A stretch of 63,927 bases of DNA, counting the filler, from Stramenopiles sp. TOSAG23-2 (Eukaryota): assembly GCA_900128395.1 (NCBI GenBank). It is 17 parts of 17 records of this genome, joined end to end, with 100 filler letters (N's around TTAATTAATTAA, not from the genome) between each part and the next. Parts side by side here need not be neighbours in the genome. Positions count along the whole stretch, not along the records: positions 8,656 to 12,878 come from LT650951.1; positions 12,979 to 17,200 come from LT650952.1; positions 17,301 to 21,519 come from LT650953.1; positions 21,620 to 25,836 come from LT650954.1; 13 more parts are not named here. One strand, given 5' to 3'. Numbering within the stretch: position 1 is the stretch's first letter; each line of letters begins with the position of its first letter. This document shows positions 11,057-22,065 of the stretch, one piece after another. The translations under genes were made by a program, and so were the position numbers. The notes under the pieces were generated by a model. It worked only from the letters and a program-made list of their open reading frames with translations, made no database searches and had not been told where the DNA came from.

Positions 11057-12166
11057 TTACAATTTTGATTGCTGTACAAGCCGTGGCAATACGTTTTTAT
11101 CTAAATTTGACCCTTCTTCCATGAGCCAACTTGCAGTACAAACAGGTTCACATACATACTCATGATAGATACCATACAAAACTAAAAACGATGCTATTGC
11201 ACGTGGAAATTTTCTTGCTAAAAGTGCCATAGCTACTGACGCACCACCAATTTTTATAAATTGTGTGGTTATTGAGTCTTGAAAATGTTTATAACCTTTA
11301 CCACTAACACCATCCTCTGGCAATTCCAATCCGACGGGACGTATGAAATTACCTTTTGCTAACATCATTGCTTTAAACATAGTCCGCCCAGCTAGTGTGT
11401 TAGTGTTCATCATCCCATTTTGACGTGGATTTTCAACATATTCTGGCACCCAATTAGCCAGACTTTTATCACCACTAAGACTACGTTCAATTGCTTTCAT
11501 AGCATCTTTTGCATGAACACGACCAGTAGCACCACCAGAATTTTTTCTGGAAGGAATCAAGGCCCAAGCATATAGTTTCTCCCAATCTTTCGTGATTGCT
11601 GCAACACCAGGTTCCATCATACCTTCTTTATATGTCCTTAAACCTTTCATATCACCAATTGTATATTTATCTTGATCAACCCATAATGTTAGAATATTTC
11701 TTTCATACAACTCCTTTGCAATTACAAGAGATGGATCCCCAACAATTTCATATTCAATCTTCCAAGCCTCTTTTGCCTTTTGCGCTTCATCGTTATCTTG
11801 CGAAGAAACTCCAATAATTTGTCCACCCGCTTCTTGAATTTTTTGTGCCACGCCTGAATTTTGATAACTTCTTAGTTCATCACGGCACGGTGGTCTGAAG
11901 ATTGATGAGTTAGTCTTAGAGGAATAGATATATACATTATGGCAGCTTGATGAATTAGATAGTATATCTTTTATAAAGCCTTAGGGGAATAGATATATAC
12001 ATTACGGCAGCTTTACGAGTAGCATGGCGGGGTTTCCTGAGTAGAGAATAGAATTTACTTACCACCATGTACCTCTGTAAAAAACGAAAGTAGTAAAATC
12101 TGCTTCTTGTAATTTACGTTCCAACCAATTTGTTGTTACAAGTGGTGCCTTATTAGTAACTGACAT
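11057..12166 (-). CDS. AhpC/TSA (peroxiredoxin-like) selenoprotein with UxxC; exons 12166-12063 and 11894-11057; 313 aa
   Basis: Exon 1 reads MSVTNKAP...FVFYRGTW-TG, donor GTAAGT, branch-like GACTAAC, acceptor TTCAG, exon 2 A-CCA-CCG-TGC, giving FYRGTW-U-PPCRDEL in frame with the annotated ORF (IIGVSSQ, IVGDP, EPGV thioredoxin-fold motifs). Confidence 0.85.
11895..12062 (-). other. 168-nt spliceosomal intron splitting the Sec codon; contains a 33-bp direct repeat
   Basis: GTAAGT...GACTAAC...CAG; repeat copies at 11916-11948 and 11981-12013 with 2 mismatches. Confidence 0.85.
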
Positions 12167-12607
12167 TGTTTTCTTATGAAATATTTCCAGCTGTTTATAA
12201 ATATATATTATCCAGGTGACACTATATTAATCAAAAAAGCTGGTTCAATATCTTCGTAGTATATATTTTGTAAATGGCTAAATATAATTATAATGATGGT
12301 TAAAATCAAAGTTATAATAATTTTACTTCCAAATACGAGTAATTATTTGTATATTTTATTATACGAGTAATAATTTTGTGAAGTCGAAGGTTAGACCAAA
12401 ATCTACAGCGACACGCGGAATAAGTGAAAATATAAAAAAAAATTATTTTTTTTTAAAACTTGGGACATGTATTTCGCATATATCTCGTACGACCCGTCGT
12501 ATATTATATTATATGATGCATATATATCTCCATATATATATAATATCCAAATTATTATATAATAATATATTCGTAGAAACTTTAAGCTCTCTCTCTTGCT
12601 CCATATA

Positions 12608-12877
12608 TTAATCTTCTTCATCATCTTCAACCAATACCCAACCTTCCGGAGGATTATATGTTTTAGTACCATCATCATTATCATCAAATGCTCCTTCAAT
12701 TGGACGTGTCGTCCTAGTTTTTATAACATCGCATATTGCTGGATCATCAGCACGGGTATCTTTACCCCATGTTTTAATTGTATGGTGCAAAGCTCTACCA
12801 TTATCTATCAAACGTTGGCGATCAACAATTTTTATATTTTGTGTTTTATTAATGGTAATTGATTGTATACAACCGCC
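12608..12877 (-). CDS. C-terminal fragment of a hypothetical protein (5' partial)
   Basis: Frame open from the contig edge: GGCIQSITINKTQNIKIVDRQRLIDNGRALHHTIKTWG...EDDEED*. Confidence 0.65.
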   Translation of the reverse strand, partial: GGCIQSITINKTQNIKIVDRQRLIDNGRALHHTIKTWGKDTRADDPAICDVIKTRTTRPIEGAFDDNDDGTKTYNPPEGWVLVEDDEED

Positions 12878-12978
12878 ANNNNNNNNNNNNNNNNNNNNNN
12901 NNNNNNNNNNNNNNNNNNNNNNTTAATTAATTAANNNNNNNNNNNNNNNNNNNNNNNNNNNNNNNNNNNNNNNNNNNN

Positions 12979-15900
12979 ATGGCAGCAACGTGCGTTTTCA
13001 ACAAGTCAGTGCCGGTTTTTTTCATACTTGCGGTGTTACCAGTGTAGGTGGACTTGAGTGTTTTGGTAATCGTGCAGACAAGAAAGATAAGCCCGAAAGT
13101 GGAGGTAAATTCATTCAAGTTAGTGCAGGTAAAGATCTCACCTGTGGTTTAACAGATGCAGGTGCAATAGAATGCTTGGGAGAAACACGTGATAAAAAGC
13201 TCCCACAACGTTTAAAGACAAAACATACAAACAAGTAAGCTTAAGTAATAATGGTAACTTTGTGTGCGGTTTAAAAAATGATGGGTCCACGGTCTGTTCT
13301 ACGCATGATAAATTACAAACATACTCGAAAAATTCTCATAGGTTCACTCAAATAAGCGTATCTGGATCCTTTGGTGGCCACTATTTGTTTGCATGCGGTA
13401 TTATAGATTCTGATGATGGTGGAATTGCATGTTTTGGTAACAACAAACCAGGATTTGACATGAACAAAATTCAACAGCCATCCAAGAAAAATAAAGGTGT
13501 TAAATTTATTGAAGTGCGTACGGGCCCTTACTATGTATGTGGTTTAACAAGTATCGGCGAAATTGAATGTTGGGGCGATGATCACAAGGTCAAAGGATAT
13601 ACAAATGGCTGGCAACCAAAAAAAACCAAAAAAATGTGGGGCATTTGGTTTATTTTGTAACGACAAAACATGCATAAACCAATGCCCTGCAGATACATAC
13701 AAACATGACAATAGCTGCACACATTGCCCAGAAAAGAGACCATCCACAAGTTCACAAATAGGAAAGACTGCCATATCCCAATGTGTAGCGAAGGGGTCCT
13801 GCAACCCTGGTTATGGCGTTATTGGGAACAGCGATTGCATCGAGTGCGATGTAAATACCTTTAGTTTAGGTGGATATGAGGCGAAATGCCAGAACTGCAA
13901 AGCTGATAACCCAACAACAAACAAAAAGAAAGGCCAAAAAAAATGTGAAAAGTGTTTGCCTGGGTATTCTCTTCAACAAAACGATAATGTAGAAACTGGA
14001 GTCTGCAATATACCATTGTCAAGACATGAATGTAGGACGGCAGCTGGAACAGAACGACATACAGCGGCAAGAAAAGAAATGGTAGTAAAAAAAAGAGGAG
14101 AGAAGATACCTGAGTTAGGGTTAGATTTGTTTGATAAACCTTATTATAATCTCAACCACTTCCCACCGGGATGCTATTTCGATCACTCGGTGTCTCGATT
14201 TGTTTTCAACGAAGATTTAACTTCAACAGCAAAATGCAGCAAAGATATGCCTTGTAGGTGTGCAAAAGCAACAACGACATGTATAAAATGCCCAGCGCTA
14301 TACTACAGTAATGAGAAAACCGATGGAAAATGTAACTATTGTATGCCACCTAGTTTAACAGATATAAAACAAACAAAATGTTTTTCTCAAGCAGATTTTT
14401 TTGAAGAGGTGAAACGGGATATAAATGCACAAAAAGAAACCACGAACGATTTATCACTAAAAAATACACGGTTATGGCAAAAAGAAGAAATTAGAGATAT
14501 GCACGATGAAATAATGGCAAAACGTAAATCAACCGACATTGAAAAGGAAAAAGAAACATGTGAAACACAACGTGAGAAAGGTATTGTTATTTTCCCAGCT
14601 ATGGAAATATCAGATGAAATTGACTTAAATGAATCAACTACTTGTATTGATATAAATCGTGATGAATTGATAAAATCGTTTTGTGAGTTTCGATCCGATT
14701 TAGACGAGTTTTTTTCATTGGAAAGCATAGACGAAGACGCTAAAACATTTTGGCCAAATATATGTTGCAAAGAACGACACGATACAGACAAAACAAAAAC
14801 GCTAGAAACATGCAAACCACCAGAAGGTACCAATATAAAATCTGAGGACATGATACCATTTGCTTTATCGCAAGGCGGGAATTTCAATCGTCACAATTTA
14901 TATGTTGAAGTTAGTGAAGCAATTAAAGAGAATGGTTATATCCATAAGGGTATGAATGACCTGTTAAAAAAGGTAATGGAGCATGATCATAACAAGCGTA
15001 CAGGTGCGACAAAATTAGTCAAATCCTTCTTCGAGGGGATTTCATTATGCGGACCTCGTCTAATAGATGGACCGGATGAAAACAAAATGTGCGAATTATT
15101 TATTCCATATAAGCATTCAATGAAGCATTTTCTGGAATTATTCAAAAGTTTATACAAAACAAAATTCAATCTGATACCACAGCAAGTATCATTTCTTGAA
15201 ACAATGGAACAATCCTTGCTAACTCGGCAATTATCGTCAAGGAAAATCCGATTAGGTAAAAGTGGTAAAAACACATTGACTTCAGTTGCCGCGGCAATGC
15301 AATCGAAGACAGCCCCAACACAGGTAATAAATAAACTTTTTAAAACTTGCAAGGGTACAAATTATCCAAAGACTGAGTTAGAGAAAATGAAAGAATCGTT
15401 TTGCAGTGGAGTAGAGCATATTGATTTACACAGTAAGAATGTCAAAAATGTCGCTGTATATTATCTTCACGATCAAATCTCAAAATCATACGTTGACAAT
15501 AATGTAAATATGTTTCGTTTAGCAGAAAAAATACGTTATGATGTCAAAGATTCTTCAAGCTGCCCAGTAAAACTTTTTGATGCAAACGATATATCTATTC
15601 AAAGAATAGCAATGGATACAAATGGTAAGAACAAAGAATGGGTTGCAGTTATAAATTTGAACACAAAATCAGAAGATGGATATTTCCAAAGTGAATTACC
15701 ACATTGCAAGGCGAAAAAATATTTAATAAGTGCAAAGGTCCAAGTTAAAGCTTATGTTGATAATACAAATTGTTGTAAGGATGATCGAGATTTTAACATG
15801 TGTCAAACAAATGCTGGTTGTGCAGACCAGTTAAACAAATGGAAATTGGCAGATGTTGACAACACGAAGCAATTTACGCGCGATATCATAGTGACAGGAA

Positions 15901-15980
15901 CCAACTATAAAATTAGTAATCTACATGATCAAAGGAGAAGAAGGCTTTTGACAAAAACTGATAGTCAGAATACAAGTTAA
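12979..15980 (+). CDS. Modular Cys-rich protein: RCC1/BLIP-II-like repeats, TNFR/ephrin-receptor-like Cys repeats, unrecognised domains A and B, RRRRLL tail; 5' partial; two homopolymer frameshifts
   Basis: ORFs 12990-13238, 13262-13660 and 13563-15980 join if A-runs at 13194-13198 and 13618-13634 are corrected by one base each. Repeats QVSAG..HTCG.T..G.LECFG; domains A and B align with ORFs at 52375 and 54173. Confidence 0.8.
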
Positions 15981-17355
15981 AAAAAAAAACGATTTTTATA
16001 CTTATGCGCATGAGAGCTTTATTAATATGATCATAATCGGAGTAAATCCTTCTTAGATTGAGTGAATTAACAAAATGTTATTCCTGAGATTGAGTATTGA
16101 GTGTGTATGATAGTATTTACCACCGGGAAGTAAATATATTAAATTATTAACCTCTAGATAAACTAAAAATGTAAAAGGGTATCATATTTTTAATTTTTTA
16201 AAATTTCTATATGATAACAATTCCTACTCTCCAAAAAATACAGCGTGCTTGAGCCAATATTAATATCTATCTCACTAAAATCGAAGTCAGATTGATACAG
16301 CGTACTGTTGTAGAGTATAGTCATAGTCCACGAAACGTGCCATTATTTCTAAAATGTAGCAATAATGAAGGAGGTAAACAGATGCGATTAACGTTATTGA
16401 AACACGTCAAACGATGAACATCGTACCTTGGTAGAGTATATCTTGGTCCTTGTCAAAGTCACATAAAGCATATCGGTTATTGTAGGCGCACGTCTTAATA
16501 ACCTGCTTAATAAATTGCTTGAAGCAATGGTCTACAGCAATAGGAGCTGTTACTAAAGTTGATTTGAAGTTGTTGACAATCGTATTTTCCTGGCATACGT
16601 TTAGGTTTTCCCTTTTGTTAATATATGTGGGTGCGCGTACTCCTACGTTATCAGCAACAATAATCTTATTCAGTAATAGATTTTTGCAGCAGTCATTATT
16701 ATCGTTCATTGATAATTGCTTCAAGTAATGAGTTTATATATATGTCTAGATATATTTAAATAATTCTCTTATTTACTATAATTTAAAGATTTTATTTACT
16801 CATAGATATATATTTAATATATATATATACGTAATCGCCAGAAATAATCAATTTCATAAATTGAAAGATATAACTAAACCGGAAAGACCTGTGAAAGAAT
16901 TATTCATGTTGTTTAGATCCAGGGGAAGCAAGAGTTGTAACTGCTGGTCGTGCTTCTTTTTGTTTTTTTGTGACTGGTCGTCGTTTCTCTTTAACTCGCG
17001 CTGCTATATTTTGTGAACCAGATGTATCATTAGTAGGTAACTTTCGCTTCTTCAGAGTGGAGCCACCAGTAATCGAATCAATGGTACTGGAAACGTCATC
17101 TACAGCCGACTTATCGATTGATGCCTGTGTATTTAAGTTTACGCATAATTAATTAATGCATAACTTATTTTTTAATTTACTCATGATAATTCCTACTCTC
17201 NNNNNNNNNNNNNNNNNNNNNNNNNNNNNNNNNNNNNNNNNNNNTTAATTAATTAANNNNNNNNNNNNNNNNNNNNNNNNNNNNNNNNNNNNNNNNNNNN
17301 ATTTATCAAAAGCCAGGGAAGAAAATTATCCTGACATAAACCTAATGAAAAAAAA

Positions 17356-20300
17356 AGCAAAAAAGAAATTAGCAGTTGAAAATGCAAAATTTGAAAAGTT
17401 AAAAGTAGATGAATCATTAAAACATACAAAGAGATTAAAACGGGTAAATAAGGAACGGCACAATTTCGAAAAGCAAATAAAGAAGCTGCAAGGTAAAGTT
17501 GAAATTTTAAATACGCAAAATCAAGATTTAAAAGAACAAAATACGGATTTAATGGGTAAAATACGCAGTTCCGATGAAACGGAACGTTCCAATTTAAGCA
17601 GTATATTAGAATTAAGAGACCAGTTGAGTAAACGTTTGAGTCAAATAACCGCATTAGAAAATGACATCCAATCAAAAAATAAAGTTATTAAAGAATTATC
17701 TAGCAGAGCCGCTTCCAATGAAATGTCGAAAAAATCGAATTTTGAAAATGAACGTCTTGAACTTGCGGAAGAAATCGCAACATTATCTATGCAATTGAAC
17801 ACTGCTAAAAAAAAGAACGAGAAAATACCGAGATTAGAAAAACAAATAATGTCTGCAAAATCCGTTGAGAAAAAACATAAAGAGGCAATGAAAGAATTGA
17901 AAAAGATTCAGAAAGAAAATGATTCCTTAATAGCAGAAACCAAGAACTTGCAATTGGAATGCTCAAAAAATAAAAATAACTTTAAAGAAATGTCTAGAAG
18001 TTTATTAACATATAAAAAAGGGAAAAAAGCAAAGGAGAACATAATAGCAGAGTTAAAAAAACGATTGGAAGCAAGTGCAACGGAAATGAAAGAATATGAA
18101 TTGCTTCAAACGAAATATAAACAACAAACGGATAATTACCAGCAAGTTTTACGAGAAAAACAGAAATTAATTAAAAGTTTAACCGATTGTAAGCAAACAT
18201 TGGAAGTCACTGCAGAGAAAAGTAAATTGGTAGAAGAAATACCTAAATTAAATATGGAAATAACTAGCTTAAAGGAGAAATTATCATTAGGAGGGAAAAC
18301 TATACAACAACGTGATAACGAAATAGTTGCATTTCAAAATCAAATTGCATTGCATGAAGGGGAGAATAATCAGTTACACGAAGCACTTACTACAGAAAGA
18401 GATCGCTCATCGAATCTATTAGAAAAAGTTACAATCTTGGAAATTGAAACCGATAGGCTGAAACGAGAATTGGAAGATTACAAGGAGAAAGATGATATTA
18501 TATTATCGTTAGAGGAAGAGGCAACAAGCAGAAACGAGGAAATTGAAAAGCTGAATGATGAAAAACGTATACTAAAAGCAACCATTTCAGAGTTAGAGGA
18601 GGTGCATCGACGGGTGGATATTACAAATCGAGCATTAAATGAGTCAAAAATGGTAATAGAATCATTAAAGAGAGAAGGTTTGGAACAAGCGGAACAAATT
18701 AAACAACATCAAGCTAACCATGAATCGACAAAACTAGAATTGAAGAAAACCTTTAAAGCATTAACGATTGCTATGCATGCATTGTTGCCATGCATGGTAA
18801 GGTGCCATGAGTTGTCAACACAAAAACGATTTGCAATGCGTGAACACCATCGTTTACATACAATACTAATGGAAACAAATGAAAAATTGGAAGAAATGAA
18901 TATCAAAGCAGCTAATAACAATATTGATATAGGTATTAATAATAGCGATAATAACGAAAAGAAAAATTTGCAGAAGGAGACAAAGAGGAAAAAATCTTTT
19001 AGAACTTGCGCAATAGCTATAATTGCTGCAAATAGATTACTACGTTTTGCAGGTATTCAATCATCCATTATCCCAATCTCACCCAATGCATTTTATCAAA
19101 CAAAAAATACGGAACCATATAATTATTTAGGAAAAAAAATATCAACATCAAAACACCAAAGTCATATAGACATGTATTTAGCTGATCCACCAGTATCACC
19201 AACAACATTGCCTTCTAATTTTTTGACAGAAATCGTTCCAACGTCACCACAGCAAAATGTCAAGAAAAATAATCATAAATATTTATCTTTGGAAAGAAAT
19301 GCGCTTGTGCAATTGATAAACCATTTCAAAATAAAACGAAATGCAAACAATGATGGCATAATGGACAATAATGCAATATCACAAACACTTGATGATGCTG
19401 GATTGTTGTTAAAGTCACCTCAAATATCTTTGTTAAATGGCCTCTTACGTGGACAAAATGACTATTTTAAAGTAAATAATATAAAAAACTTTCAACCTAG
19501 CGAGATATATACTAAGACAACTGCATTAGATTCATTTTTGGAAAGACTTAAAAGTGTCCGTTCGATTGAAAAGAAGAATATGAAAGATCTCGAGGAAAAG
19601 TCTAGCCTATGGGAAGCAGATTTAAAGTCATTAAATACGAAACATAAGATGACGATACTACTTGTAGAAGAAAGAAATATCGAGATATCTGCATTGAAGA
19701 AATCAATTGAAAAGCTAGAAGCAATCAATTCAAAATTAATATCGAAAAAAGAATTGAATCATATTAATGAGCTTTATAACAAAAGTGTAGAAGAATTTGC
19801 ACGCATCAAAGAAATTTTAAGTAAGGAAAAAGATAAGCATAAAAAGACACGAAAAGCTTTAAAAGAATTGAAAAGTAAATATAGCGAAGTGTCGGTAACG
19901 TTGGAGGAACAAGGACAAAATATCAAAACCTTTGATGCAAACTCTGCGCGTTTAAAGGGATTATTGGCAAGTCAAAAACGTATAAGTGCAAAAAAATCAT
20001 CAATAGCAAAATCTATTGAATCAAAATTAAATGAAGCAAATGCAAAAAATGATGATATCCAAGAGAAGCTAAATGTTGCGAAGCGAAAAAATTGGGAAGA
20101 TCGGCGAAGGTTAGAAGAAAATACTGCGCAAGTAACGCGACAATTAAATAAGAAGTCAAAGCAATTTGATTCAGTAAAAGAAAAATTAAGTACATGCAAA
20201 GCAGCAAAGAAAGAATTAGAGAAAGAACTAGAAACTTTACAAGAAAAATACTATGAAATGCGCAAAGATCACCGTAAACAAATGGCATCCGTTGCACAAG

Positions 20301-20689
20301 ATTTATCAAAAGCCAGGGAAGAAAATTATCCTGACATAAACCTAATGAAAAAAAAGATAGATACTCTTAATGAAGAGAAAATCGAATTAAAAAACGAGTT
20401 AAAGCAAATGCATAAAATATTAAAATCGAAAAATAGAAGTAGCAGCTCAGTTAAACATAAGAAAGAGATTTTGATATTGGCCCAACAACAAGCAAGTGCG
20501 GATTTAGATAGGTCATTAAGTACAATAACAACGCCTGTTAGGGTTAAAAACAGTCATGGAAATAATGCTGTTGTTGGGGAGGATGGAGAAGACAATATTG
20601 ATGATTATTTGTCACAAATTGATAAGAAATTGTTTCAAAAATATGGTACACCAAGTTCACGTAATAAAACTGGTAACTCGAAAAAATAA
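17356..20689 (+). CDS. Long coiled-coil protein, CCDC171-like (5' partial)
   Basis: Extended coiled coil with CHELSTQKRF and FRTCAIAIIAANRL, resembling segments I recall from CCDC171. The first 55 nt of the contig duplicate 20301-20355, so the annotated start at 17345 is probably artefactual. Confidence 0.75.
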
Positions 20690-20985
20690 CGAGGGAGATT
20701 ATATTATATATATACGAAGTATATAAATACGTAAAAGAAATTTATATATATAATATATGAGTAAGAGAAATAAGTATATATATATACTATATCATGATCG
20801 TATTCGTGTATCATAGTAATATCATATACGTAGGAGTTCACAGACATATGCAACATATCCGTAAATATGATATCATGTCATGTCATAAAAATAACATTTT
20901 TTCTTCACTAAAAGAGTTGTGTACAACGTATATTTTTTACGCGTACGTAGAAGAAACAAAAACACCTCTACGTACTTATTTTATT

Positions 20986-21474
20986 TTACACTGTATTGCT
21001 TACTTGATGATCGTCTATCTTTTTTGAAACACTTTGCTTTTTTTTACTTGTTAACATATAAGGTAATACACAACAAAGCAAAAAACAACAAAACAAAAGA
21101 TATGATAAAATTTTTAATTCCACAAAAAACAAATATATTACAAATAAAGGGAATAAAACACACCAAACCTCAACTGGTATTATATGAGCACCACCCGGAA
21201 AAGGAAAAAGAGACTTTGATTGGATCGCATTAATACAGCGATTTGGATCTAATTTACATTGACATATAATCCCTTCAATAATGGAATCGACTTCAGAACA
21301 CTCCATACAATGTTGCGCTATATGTATTCCCTGTTCATTATCAGCTCGTTGATATTCGCAACAACATAGTATCTCTGGTGGTATAAATCCATCCTCATCT
21401 TTAAACTTATTGTCATCTATTATTTTATCATATATTTTTGGGTTGACACCCGTTCCAGTCCTTTGCATAATCAT
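20986..21474 (-). CDS. N-terminal part of a ZDHHC23-like palmitoyltransferase; truncated
   Basis: LCCCEY...HI..HCMECSEVD and PFPGGA followed by two TM segments resemble the ZDHHC23 N-terminus; possible donor GTAAGC near 21003; no DHHC domain follows. Confidence 0.55.
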   Translation of the reverse strand: MIMQRTGTGVNPKIYDKIIDDNKFKDEDGFIPPEILCCCEYQRADNEQGIHIAQHCMECSEVDSIIEGIICQCKLDPNRCINAIQSKSLFPFPGGAHIIPVEVWCVLFPLFVIYLFFVELKILSYLLFCCFLLCCVLPYMLTSKKKQSVSKKIDDHQVSNTV

Positions 21475-22018
21475 CTTGATCTATTATTGATGAAGAACAT
21501 TTATATATCTCATTATTATNNNNNNNNNNNNNNNNNNNNNNNNNNNNNNNNNNNNNNNNNNNNTTAATTAATTAANNNNNNNNNNNNNNNNNNNNNNNNN
21601 NNNNNNNNNNNNNNNNNNNAAGTTCGCAACTATTGATATCAACATTACCATCACTTGGGATTTCTGAGTAAAATGGTTTATTTATTTTATTTTTAACTAA
21701 TAATCCGTAAATTATTGATACATTTTATCATCATATTATGAATTTTTATTTATTTTTTTACTTCCGTATATTTTTTTAATACGTAACACTCTACATATCT
21801 CATATCATGTATCATACAAACGTATTACGAGTTTAATATATTACACTTTGTATTTGCGACTTACGTTAGTAAGTTGACAACTCGTTATCTTTTGCCAATG
21901 GCGGAATCCCCCATTTTCTTTATAGATTTTAACCATCATATGATTATAGAGTCACCGTTTATTTTCCATGAAATTGCGCAACTAGTCATGGCTAATATAT
22001 ACTAGTATATATATGATA

Positions 22019-22030
22019 TCATTTTCCATT

Positions 22031-22065
<35 letters not shown>

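Noticed and set aside
8656-12878. Contig as a transposon or linear element with 55-bp terminal inverted repeats
   Set aside because: Identity is exactly 55 nt, lies in coding sequence at one end, and no transposase or polymerase is present; consistent with a graph or fold-back artefact.
16407-17152. Short ORFs downstream of the RRRRLL gene
   Set aside because: No motifs or consistent frame; possibly remnants among repeats.
17301-17355. Direct repeat with 20301-20355 as an LTR or circular element
   Set aside because: Exactly 55 nt at a contig edge, copied from inside the same ORF; chimera/k-mer overlap.
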